A stretch of DNA of 64,000 nt, taken from Camelus ferus. Lineage: Eukaryota. The stretch is taken from assembly GCF_009834535.1 (NCBI RefSeq), contig NC_045696.1:33048001-33112000 (forward strand), read 5' to 3'. The notes under the pieces are model-generated. The model searched no databases. It saw nothing but the letters and a program-made list of their open reading frames with translations, and was not told where the DNA came from. Position numbers and translations under genes: made by a program. Below, in pieces: positions 52,137-64,000 of the stretch; positions within the stretch are counted from its first letter, which is position 1; each line of letters begins with the position of its first letter.

Positions 52137-53539
52137 ACATGTAGACAGTATGCATTTGGACCACCTGGCTAGTATTTGTGACAACCTAATACGGATCACT
52201 GTACTTACCATTGTGCTGGTGGTGTTCAGTCTGAAATAAGTGAGTAATAGAGTAAGTTAAATGATAAATATCTAGAAATTATAACAGCTAAGACTTGCCA
52301 AGTGGCAATATAGGGCAAAGTTCCTTTGAATATGCAGTATTTTATTAAACTTGCTAATTTACCCACTCAGATTTCCCATCTGTTTGGATGTCATGGTGTC
52401 ACCCCTACGTAGATGTACACATAGCAGGGAGGACTCCTTATTTTGCAATTTTAGTAACTAATCTTTACCCATATACTCGGGAAATCTTTACTACGGAGAG
52501 AAATACTCTGACGCAAACACCAACTTTCTTACTTGTGATTTTGCTAATTGTGGCCTATTAAAAGCAAGAACGATGACCACTATTAGATATTTTTCCTAAA
52601 CGGCAGTTTATGCTCTGGAGATTATTCACATAATACCCGTTTCTGCCGTCTGAATGGTCTGACTCTGACATAACCACTTCAGTGAAGGTTTTCTAACCTC
52701 TATCAATAAATTTTAGCTATCTTCAGCCAAAATGATGTCATGGCCCTGTTTTCTCATGCAGAGCTGGTGTTTATTTCCCAAGGTGATGTCCTTGGATGAG
52801 CTGAACTTTCTCCCTGAATAGGGAAAAGCCCATCAGAATTCTGCAATCAAATACTGGATCTTTGGCCGGGCACTCAAAAAGTTTACTTTTGCAAAATATA
52901 TAATGCCAACAAAAATTTAATTAAAAGCAAGACCTTTTCTGTGACCTTAATTTTAAACCATAGACAAAAACTAAGAAATTGAATGATAATAAACTTACAA
53001 TATTTGAAAACTTATTCTAGATACATTTTAAAAACCATGAGATTTTAGAAAAATATATTGCCAAAATGTTTCAGTAAACCTTTTTAATTTGAAAAGCCTA
53101 AGGAAGTGAATTTTACTAACTAGGAATTCAGTAATTTAAAATCTGGGCAGTAGGTTCAAGTTTCATACCTTTCGTGAGTTCAAGGAGGCAGATTTGGATG
53201 ACACAGTTTTTGATAAGTGTGCCTATTACCAGCTTTAAAATTACCTATAAAGAACATATTCAACTTTTATCAGTGTAAAATATTTAAATTTAACCCTATG
53301 AATACTCTCAGGGTCCTTTGAACTCAAACTTTTGCGGTTTCTTTTTAAGAAGTTCTATCTACTGTGAGAATTGATGCTACGTGACTTTTATTCTTTTTAA
53401 AAGATCTCTCAATAAATAAAGAGAAAGTTTACATTTTTAATAGCTGGATAAAGTGAGTTTTATTCTATTTCTCCAAGGGTCCCTTGGGGACTTTTATAAA
53501 TGTGATTTATTATGGAAACTTGATGATCTGCTTTTCCCG

Positions 53540-54190
53540 TATATTCTGTGCACAAGCGCCTTTCTGGGATGTACGGGTGGTCTGGAAAGGCACAGAGGGA
53601 CAGCACGAAGATGTTGCCTACTAGCCTCCCTGGTCTCTGGAGAGGGCTGATGTTGGCCCTGAGATTTGTGTTAAATTAGGAGCCTGACCCTCAGGCTGTA
53701 GCTTTTAAACAAACAAGCCTCTTTTCTGGGAAAGACTAGGGGATGGACATTTCTGTCTGCTGCCTCTGCTGCAAGCCCTGGGAGGGTAGCCAGACAAGTC
53801 ATTAAGAACCCTTTAAGAACTGTTCTTTGGTTTCTATGGTCTTGTGGACACACAGCCTATTGGTGTTCAGCGCTAGGTGTTCTGGAGGCAGGTGGGAATC
53901 TTAAAAAGTTTTTAAGTCCAAACTCTTCACTCCTTGAGAACTTGGGAGTTACGAGTTTCTGTCAAATGAATGTTGCCATACTAAGGGTGGGGTTTATGGT
54001 AAGATGTGTCTCTGCCTCTCCTGTCAGTTACAGTATGAGTTTTTTTCTCCTTCACCTAACATGTGGGAATCATTTAACTAGTTTCTGGACTTCATTCAGA
54101 GGGCATTTTTTCATATGTAGCAGTAGATTCAGTATGTCCATGGAAGGAAATGAGTTCAGGAGCCTCTTACATTGCTATTTTGGACTGGAA
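53540..54190 (-). mobile_element. Isolated L1 5'UTR (L1M3/L1MA9-type)
   Basis: The minus strand starts ttccagtccaaaatagcaatgtaagaggctcctgaactc, a decayed form of the L1 5'-end motif CAAGATGGCG...GGCTCCTGAACTC. Confidence 0.65.
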
Positions 54191-57100
54191 ATTGCTAAGT
54201 TACTCTAATTGAGATTAAGGAAATAAAAGAATGGTGGAATCACCTGGTAGGATGATTCAATAGTGAAACAAATAATCAACTTTTAATCATCTGTCAATTT
54301 TCTTGTTACACTGCCTAAAATATTGTATCATTCTTCAAAAAGGTTTATAAGAGACATTGGTGCCACCTTCTTTGTAGCATTTTGTTGAAGTTTTCATCAT
54401 ACAGAATTAAGAACACAGAATTGTTTCAGGTTTTCCATCTGTATTGGCAATGAGTAGAGCATTGACAACAGAAGTTTCAAAATTAATAGGCAAATGAGAA
54501 AATACATGCAGAGTCAGTACCACTCAAGATTCTAATAATGATGGTGAAGTTTATGTCTTTAGATGACCATAAATTACATGAATTTTCTCAAACTCCAGAA
54601 TTAGTAAGCAGTATTGAATAAGTGAACCATCATTTCTAGGGACAAAAAAATGAAATATGATGTTCTCGGGCAGTACTTCATTCAACGGAAGGTATTTCAT
54701 CATGCATGCTTTATGATAAGGATATGAGGAGTGGTTTTTTTTTCTTTAAAAAAAAATGACTATTTTCAGTTTTTATTATGTTTGTTTACCAAAACATACT
54801 TGATACATTTCATAAGCAGACAAAAGCTGAAGGCTGAAATGCATGCAAAGATTATTGGAAGGATATTTATCTAATTGACATGGAAAACAATTTATTGGCT
54901 TTTTAAATAGGGGTGTTCCTAAACCTGAAAATAAAACGTTTACAATTATGAAGCACAGAAGACAACCATTTTCTTTTTTTAAAAAAATAAGAGCAGTGGA
55001 ATATTCAAGGGCATTATGCTTTGGTGATATAAATGCAAGAAGAACAAGATAAGTGCTAAACTAGAACCCATTAGAGATGTGTTTGAAATCTGGAATCAGT
55101 ATTTCCAAGATAAGAATGTTTCAGGTCCATGCTTAAAAGTTGCTGAGCAGTTAAATGAATTCAAAGAATGTCCATTTGGGGTACATGCTTTCAAAAAAAA
55201 AAAGTAAAATTTATGGTGTGTTATGTTTAAAATCTTATTAAAATTTCTAATAAATCTGTTATTCACTGTATCTTAAGTCTTACATCTATAATGTAATTAT
55301 GTATTTATGTATATATACATATACATTATGTAAATATGTATTAAATATATTTATTTAAAAAAAGAAAAACAGCTATTTGGACTCAGAGGATGAGTGATGA
55401 TGACTGATTTTTCAGGTGTACTGCAGTTAATTTAACCAGGCCCATAGTGCTTGAGCATGTATATGTTTGATAAAAATAAACCTCTGTAATTTTTATCTTC
55501 CTGCCTTTTTTCTCCTCTCCCAGATAATAATAAATAGACATGATTATCATATTAAGGAACTGTGGATTGTGTGACGTAGTGTATTTTGAAAGCTTAGCTA
55601 TAACAGTGTGTTCACATTACAGAATTCCTAGCTTGAAGTGTATGGGTAGTTCCTGCTGGTTGAATCAACCAATTAATTACTAGAATATTTAAAGTGTTGA
55701 GTGTGATTGTGGGCGTGGCAGTAAACAGGCCTCAAGTGTTTGGTATTAACACGTATATGTATTGTAAGACTTGAGATATGTGTAAATAGCAATATTTGAG
55801 TTAACAGTCTCCTATACAAACCAAAGCATGATGTACATGATTCAGTCAGTAGCACTCACTCCTGTTACCTTTACAACAGGAATAGTTTTTGAAAGAAGCT
55901 GTTTAGATAAAGGGCCATTAAAACATTTTGCCAGAATTTGCCATGAAATAGCACAAGAAATGATATTTTGTTTTTCACACTATTAATAATGAGCCACGTG
56001 AATAAATCAACCCCTCTGAGCTGCATATTTTTAATTCTGTAAATGGAAGGATGCTAACATGATCTCTAAATGATTCCACCCCAGAAAAATCTCGATACCA
56101 ATATCTTGGATGGCCCTCCGACCACCCAGGGATTCAGTTTGGACCCACAGCTTCTTCTAACCTAGATCTGATTTAAAAGGTACCTAATAATTACAGAAAC
56201 GGCTGGAGCTGATTGGTCTCCAATTTGAGCAGCTTCTTCTCGCGTTCTTGCTCTATTCCCATCCCTTTCATCTTTCTGTATGTGAAATGACTGATTCGTG
56301 TGAGTGTTTTCCCTTAGGCTGTGTAATACAGGAGTAGAGCCGAATCAGGATGGTTCACTATTTTAACTCCAGTGACTAGAACAATTTTCAGGATACAACA
56401 GAAGCATAATAAATACTGATCAAATGGCTACATGAATTAATTAACAAACAAACATAATAACAGAATATTACACCTAAGTTTATCTTGTTTTCTTCTCTTG
56501 TACGAACAGTAGAGAAAAAAAAAAGTTCAAATAAAATTCAGGTAGCACAGTAAAATATCAACTTCTGGGGACTTCTGACAACTTATAAATATTATTCTTT
56601 CCCCCCTGCAAACTAAATCTATTTCTCACTCTTGCTTGCTTGCTTTCATACCCACACACAAACAATCGGATTTTCCTGATTTCCGACTCCAGTAGAATCA
56701 GGTCAGCAGTGAGGACAGAAGCAATAAATCTCTTTATCTCTGTTGACTTTTATGGAACTGACATCTCTTAAAATATTTTTCTTGACTTTGGTGCTTTTCT
56801 ACTGACTGATTAGGCAGTAGGGCACGGCAGTCAATTGAATCTCCTGAAATCTAATATTAAAAGCGGAAACGGAAGGACCTGAGGGGCAGCAGAATAAGTG
56901 AAGAGGACTAAAGGAGGTCCAGTAATTCTTTTCCAAAAAATCGGAAATTGCATTTAAGTGTTAGCCTTTCTGTCTATCCAAGTTACTGTCTTTGTGACTC
57001 TGACATTCTCTGTTTTCTGTCATCAAGACAGCATTCCACGTTTTTATGTTAGTAATAAACTCAGCTGCTGAAAATTGATTGGTGATAAATGTATTACAAA

Positions 57101-60100
57101 GTCAAATGTACATATCTAATGCCAAGTAGGAAGGAAAACATTTCTCCATTGTGATGGAATAGACAGGTTATCTAAGATAATGGAATGTGCAAAACAGAAA
57201 CACAAGCTCTGGGAGATTTTATTTGTGTTTTGGGGTAAAGTTGATTTGGGCATACGAGCATTTGCAGGAATGAATAACGAGTCAAAAATCTGGGCCATTA
57301 AACTACAGAAGAGCATCACAAGTCCTGTCTCCTTCAACTTCTAGTAAGTATGGATATGGATGACACCAAGGTGCAACTGAATAGTATCCAGATGGTTGAA
57401 GACATAATTAAATTTTCAAAAGCCATACGGAGATTTTTGCTAAAGCACGGTGTCACTTAGCCAACTCTATAAACAATTTCCAAAGTAGCTTTATTTAAAT
57501 CCCCAGGTTAATATGAGAAACAAAACCAAAAACACAAACAGAAAAAAAAAAAACAAACAATGAAAATTCATCTAGACTCCTCCCACAAGGAAATGAACAT
57601 CTTCCCTATCTCAAGAGATAGTCAGTATTTGTACAATGACATAAATCCTGCATGATACAAGAAAGTATGATGACTTCATCTGGAGGCAGAGAGCTTCTAA
57701 TTTCCTATCCTTTTCTTGCAGTTCTTTACTCAGGATCTCATAGAGAAGGCTTAAGTGGGAGGCTGTCACAGCGCCTAATAGCTTCTTGTTTATTTGCTCT
57801 ACAAGGCCCAAGAAGGCTTGGAAAAGAGCCATTTAATTTCACTTTTTGTATTTTTTACCGGAATAGCTTTCTATAAAAACATCCAGTAGGTAACATGAAG
57901 AGAGGTGATCAAGAAACATGATTGAGGGATGAAAAAAAAAAATCAGTCTTTTTCATTATATACAGATTTTCAATATTGCAAATTTTCCCAGCTTCAAATT
58001 CAACCTGAAGAACTGGAAAAGTTAAAGCTTTTTGGCTTTTTTTGCTGTTTTTTTTTGTTTTTTTTTTAAACATTCCATATAAATATAGTCAAAACAAAAT
58101 ATAATCTGAAGTCCCTACGTTTGCGTGTCAGGCTGCTTATTCTCAGACAGGTAGTCATTGGAATGGGTTTAGCTGATGGACTGTTTCTTCTCTGAGACCT
58201 TTTAATGGAAGAGAAAAATATTTAAAATTTGGTAATTCCAACACTGAAGAGAATTTGATAATGCAAATTAGGAGTTCTTTCTTTGTTTGAGCCACTTAAC
58301 TCTGGACCAGTTTTGTGATACAGTCCTATGGTTGGTGTAGAAATTTCTTAAAGAAAAAAAAAAATCCATGTAGAAATTCTAGGATGGAAATGGTTCAGCA
58401 AGACATATTTAGGTATATGTTTGTCCTGCTTACTGCTCAGTGATACTTTAGGGTGGAATTTAAATCATCTCAAACCTTCCAGCGTGCACTGGATTCTAAC
58501 TTGTCTCCATATAGACTCAAGTCCCTACTTAGACTAGTAACCTACAGCCAAATTTTTAATCTTATAGACCTTCTTTAGCCAATAGAAGGAGAGATTTGGA
58601 ATAGAGAACTTTCGCCGCCTCTTCCTGTTCTCAAAACCATTAGAATATTCAGAAGTTGAAGCACTAAAACAAAAGTTAAGCAGAGAACTTTGGTTAAAAG
58701 GCTCTGTGGGTGATTGCTGCCTTGTTTTTGTCCAATTTCCTTACTTTCAAGTTGTGATTAAGAAATGAAATTAGAAAAAAGACAGTATACTAGATTCTGA
58801 AGTAGTCATATTTAGTTTCAGGAATCCGGCAGCTGAAGCACAGAAATCATTTGAAATCTACAAAATTATTTGAAAACTAGTTATTTAAAAATGCTTCTTT
58901 TTGCTCAATCTCTACCTTCCACTTTTGTTCTTTTCCTTCCAATTGTTATTACTACCCTAATTATTAAATTACTTGCATGGAATGATTTACAATAAAATAA
59001 GAATAAGTCATGTCAAATGTAGATAACATCGCACGATATGTTCTATCACCACTTTTTGACATTTATTTGTAATATATTCACTTCATAAATTGCAAGATCA
59101 TATAAGAAACAATGGTAGCAGTTGCCAATCTATGAACTCTAATCTTGGGAGAAGGTGTGTACAGTTTAAATGTTAAATATCAGCTGAAGTTACTTGAATT
59201 CACATTATAGATGTTAGTGTTGAGATATGGGTAAGAATTAAATTGGCTTTTCAGGTAGTTTTGAGGATTGGCTCATATAAATATCAAAGCATGTTTGAGA
59301 GACATTAATTCCATGAAAATAGTTTTACAATTACTTTAACTGCTTTTATTAATTCTTGCTTTGAGTAGCAGTAGAATTTGATGAGATTTCATAAGGCTGA
59401 AATGCTCCTTACCATCTGTTTTACAGTACACATCAGCAAAGGGAATATCCAGGTTCCCTTCTTGATAGGTGAACTATATTATACCAGGTTCTTCCCCTAA
59501 CATTGCTCATGACTGTTGTTAATTTTAGCCTGGTGGCAATTAAGAATCCTGGTTTTCTCACCATCTGCAGAAGAGTTATTCATTAGGTAGGACACCATGA
59601 GGAACAGATAAGTGTCCAAGGAAAGATAATTGAAAGTCACTGTAATTCTCCTCAAACACTTTGTCCACCTGTCAGGCTCTTTGGCATAACAAAATCACTT
59701 TTCTGTCAATTTTGAGTTTTTCAATAGCTCAGGAGATTCTGAGAATATCAGTCTCTTGTTGAAAAAAGAAGTCCTGGAACATCAGAGCTTTCTGTTTCTC
59801 AAGGCAAATGATTAGTTTGCTAAATATAAATAAAAATCCAATTTGCCTGACACTTTGGAATATCTTAAAGTAAATATGCAAATTGGAAAATCTCCTTCAC
59901 CAGAGCTGCATTATAAATTAGGGTGAGCTTTAAAAAAAGAAGAAGAAGAAAAAAAGCAGTGAGTTTAAAGCCACTTTAATAAGTTCTTTTTGCTTCTAGT
60001 CCCCCTCCCATCCCTGTCAACTTCTTTGCTTTATTTTCTCCTTTTCAAACTTTCTCCCTTTGAAGTTCACAGCTTTGAAAGGTACTATTTGTTATTTTAT

Positions 60101-60829
60101 GTCTTCTCTTTCTTTTCCTATAGGGTCTTTCTGTTACCTCTTTGTTAGATATTTAGGGGAAGTTGTGTTTGTGGGTGACCTCTGAGTGGTCTTTGGCTTC
60201 GGGATATACTTCTGTTTTCTTAGTCTGCTGACTTGGGAGGCGGGCTTGACAACCTGTTAAGTGAGTATTGATCAACTTTGTGTTGGTTGTCATTTTTGTC
60301 AGTCGCTTTGGATATGTATGCATGTATGTGCGTGCTTTATTCCACTGCATCCTCTTGTAATGATGTATCCATTCTTCAGTTTATAATTAAGTACAAAATC
60401 AAAGCACAGAAACCTTAAAACTTCTATTTTCAAATCACGGCCTAGCATTCGCCTCAAAAATTATGCTATGCCTGTTCTCTCTTCCACCTTCCTCACCTTA
60501 AATGCATTGGATCGTTTACGTGCTGGCCTCATGCATCTGGCATGTTCTCTGTACATTCACAACAGAGGGAGACCCTAGTGTGGGCAGCACACTGTTGGGC
60601 ACTCATGTGTCCCATCAGTCTAGACCTTGTGCTTCACCAGCCACTGATCACATTAGCGTTATAGGACTGGCATTTCATGATGAACCTTGCGGCCAACTGC
60701 ACGTCCAGATATACCCATCCTGTAATTTTCACAATTTTTAAACAAATGTAAGACTTTTTTTGTGATATTCCTGTTCAACTTAATCTTGTTTCCTTGGACT
60801 GAGCAATCTAGCTTAAGATCATTTTGCAT

Positions 60830-61230
60830 CTGATTCTTTCAATTATCATAGCTCTCAACTGTATGCCGTTCAAAATTTAATAAGCATACTCTCTGTGTCC
60901 TATTCTAGACAATAAATTCTTTGTACAGAGAAAGACCAAAGACAGAATCGAACTAGAAGAAAATTCTAGTCAGATTGACATTAATTGATATGTTCTATGT
61001 TACAAATGTATTTCAGATCCTCAAGAGTATTAAGAAAATCATGTCAAATATATCAACAAAATTAAAAATGATTATGTGGTAGTTTCCAAATCAATAATAC
61101 CAGTAAAACTGCTAAAACACAAATGAGCCAATTTTTATGTAACTTTTAATAACTCCTTTCTGATATCCAATTATTTTAATTTTATTTTTTAAATGCCCAT
61201 AAGCTTCTTGTTTAATACTTCTTCCTTTTC
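60830..61230 (-). mobile_element. Ancient CR1/L3 LINE remnant
   Basis: ttaataagcatactctc...atgtcaaat...ttccaaatcaataataccagtaaaactgctaaaacacaaatgag resembles antisense CR1 RT sequence. Very decayed. Confidence 0.4.
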
Positions 61231-61826
61231 CCAGCATTTCATGTAGGCTATTAGTTTAATCACTTCCACATAAGTGATATTTAACACAGTCTATTAAGGC
61301 CTAGTTTTACATGGGAAGAAAGCTCTGATTTTATAATGAAAATCATCTAGGAAAGGGAATACATATTATAATTAGTTTCCCTGAAACGCATCTATTCTGT
61401 TAAGTGAGGATGAACGAACAGAGTTATTAGAATGCAGTGGGTATTTTACAAATTATGGCTTACTTCCCTGAGCACCACCCCAAACCATAGACTGATTAAA
61501 TCAGCCAAATGACTACTATGTATTCTGTGCTGTACAGTAAAGAAAGTGAAGTACAAGTTTGGGTTTTATAAATTCAATACACTTAAGAGATGTGAAATCT
61601 AGAAAGTGAGACAAAAATATCAAATTAGTAATAAAAATGCATATATAAAATAATGTTTTACATTCTTGTTATTCAGTTAGACATAAATGAAAGCTGTAGT
61701 AGATGGGAAAATAACAGATGAGTATACTAATTTAAAAATCACATCTGTGTACTTTATCTCATTTAATCAGAAGGTTATGGGAAAATAAGACATAATTGTC
61801 GTATTAGGCCTAATATGAAAGTCCAG

Positions 61827-62304
61827 TGTTATGAGCTGCCATGATGTCTGGAGGGCCTCAGATGGCCTTTCTGCAAGTTGTCCTCCCCACCAGGCTCCTG
61901 CACAGATATGGTTCTCTAGCCAAATTAACCCTATTATTAAAGGGACCAGACAAATTTCTTGCTTATACCTGAGTAACAGGTTTCAGATCCCTGCCAGCCC
62001 ATGGAATAATTCATACAAGTCAACGGTATCCCTCCTTTGGTGCCAGGGGGCACCTCACCCTCTCGATAACTACAAAATTTAGCTCCCGCAGTCTCTGGTG
62101 GTCCACTGTGTTCTTAAGTGCAACCCCTGTGGGGCGGTGAATGGCATGTAGGGTCTTCTACTCCCCGGGCTATGAGTATTTGTGATTGATAATACTCATA
62201 TTATCTCATTTGTGCAGAGTTGAATGCTGTGTGTTCAGGCATTCCCATAATCTAACGGCAAGAATAATCCCTCACTAATGGGGTGAATAGGAGGTGTTTA
62301 AAAT
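61827..62304 (+). mobile_element. ERVL solo LTR (MER74/LTR53-like)
   Basis: tgttatgagctgcca...ctttctgcaagttgtcctcccc...ccctgccagcccatggaataattca...agtgcaacccctgtg...ccctcactaatggggtgaataggaggtg. Confidence 0.7.
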
Positions 62305-64000
62305 GCTAAACCCCATCTTAAAGAATTAGTCTATGGACAGTGAGGACATTAACCTAAACAGAAGAGGAAAAATAAGAAGGCATTCTGAATTAAAAAAAAA
62401 AAAAATAATGGCCACAGTGCATTTGTGGCACAAGGTGAAGACTGTCTTGGCTAGAGTAGAAGGTACTTTGGTACTTTTGAGTGATCAATGTATTTAAAGA
62501 TCATGGGCCATGAAAATTATTCAAAGGAACTGGATAGGAATTTTTCAAAGGAATTATTCAAAGGAACAGTGTTTGCTGGATTCATGAGTTTGCGAAAGAA
62601 AGTGTCCTGATAAGAGCTGTATTTGAGGAAGATTAGAAATATGGAAGACATAAAATCTCAGGGTTAGTAGAAATTTTAAGGCTTTAAGTCTCCCTTTCAA
62701 GGCTTGGGTCTCCTCTCCCAGGTTCTTGCCACGTGATCATCCAGTAAAGCTTAAGTTTGAATATGTATCCTACCTACCTTCCATGCCATCTTTGGGTACC
62801 TCTACCTTGTAAAAAATTTTAACTTCAATTTGATGCTTGTACATGTTATTCCTATTATAACTATAAGATCCAAAGAAACAAGTTTAATTACCCTTCCATG
62901 GGACAGAAAGAAACTTTTATGTACTGCAACTGGGACCCAAGGAAGCTCACTGTATTATCCACCATAATTGGAGCAGAGAGCTGCAAAGCAGAATTCAAAT
63001 CCAGTTTTTCCAATTAATAGTCTTCCCATTACACTACTGTTGTCATTGACAAAGACAAGGAAGTTATAACATGTATCTATGGGTTATTTTACCTTGAGCA
63101 GTTGAAAAACATGCTCTAATTTTGTGGTGCGAAGCTTAAAATAAAACGACTATGGCTTTTTTATATACATGTACCCAGATTTTTTCCTCATCTTTAAGGA
63201 TACGGACTTTCACATCTTGGAAGTGTATACAATTAAGAAAAGTAATTACTGCTTTTTTTTTTAATTAAATGTAACCAGTTAAAGTTTCTATTATTTTGTT
63301 TTAAAATAATTAACATGGAAGTCCTTTGAAAAGATGAATATTCTTCTCCAAAGGGAATTTTCTGACTCTGTATAGCACCTTTGCATTAGTTAAATTCCCA
63401 GATGGAACATGTGCATTCAAATGCTTTCAAATACTTTAGATCCCCAAACTACGGAAACTGATGCTTCACAATTGCTTTGTAATTACAACTAGCATAATTA
63501 TATAAATAACACAGGTCAAAACTCAGGAGCTGTAGCTTTCTCATATGAGAATGGTTGAGGGCTCTACCTTTTGCACTGTATTTTCTGTTAATGTTATTTT
63601 GGTGTTGATAAACTCAGATATTGTCATAAATTGAGTACCCCTGGCATATGAAAAGGCATCTACTTTTTTTTTTTTAATTGGAAAGATTATAAGTAGAAGC
63701 GTCAAATAGATTTTGGTATGTATGCAAATGTAATTCATCTGTTTTTTTTTTCTGTCTAAACTAGAATCATAAAGTTGAATATCACATTAAGATCTGTATT
63801 AGTTATTCAGGTGATACAATTTCTTTTCTTCTTCCTTTTTTTTTTTTTTTAACACAAAAATGCCCTGGAGCATTAAATCTTTTTTGTATTCATCTGAGTA
63901 ACTAGAAAAAGAACTTTGTAGTGGTTGCTTGAAAATGAAAACTGCTGGGAACTGAGGGGGAGGAGATGTATGCAGTTCTTTGTCCTGAGTCTCAGCTTGT

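Noticed and set aside
62039..62054. CTCF-like TGCCAGGGGGCAC in the ERVL LTR
   Set aside because: It mismatches the 5' CC of the core and cannot be supported without ChIP data.

Overview
This is AT-rich, repeat-rich eutherian genomic DNA with no intact multi-exon protein-coding gene that I can recognise, so it is probably intergenic or deep intronic. The repeat inventory suggests a cetartiodactyl, most likely a camelid (inference). It includes young L1 3' ends of the Vicugna/Camelus type and a MER41-like LTR, and I saw no Alu, B1, Bov-tA, PRE1 or SINEC elements. The only recognisable gene-derived sequence is a CpG-rich processed retrocopy of FSTL4 on the minus strand (1-530, running off the left edge), inserted in an old L1. 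It follows FSTL4 through codon 42, then switches to sequence I do not recognise as FSTL4 and stops four codons later. The rest is L1, L2, MIR, CR1, MaLR/ERVL/ERV1 LTRs and DNA-transposon relics, several with readable target-site duplications (TSDs), plus TE-poor blocks. The most notable items are: (1) a 154-nt ERV-LTR-derived, polyadenylated, TSD-flanked insert at 19.5-19.7 kb, i.e. an LTR R-region transcript apparently mobilised by L1 like a SINE; (2) the FSTL4 retrocopy of an apparently non-canonical short isoform; (3) an ancient ~160-nt imperfect palindrome at 48.6-48.8 kb; (4) several strong minus-strand exon-like units. Repeat family names come from recalled consensus sequences, not a database search. 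Most ORFs in the supplied track are L1 remnants or chance ORFs.
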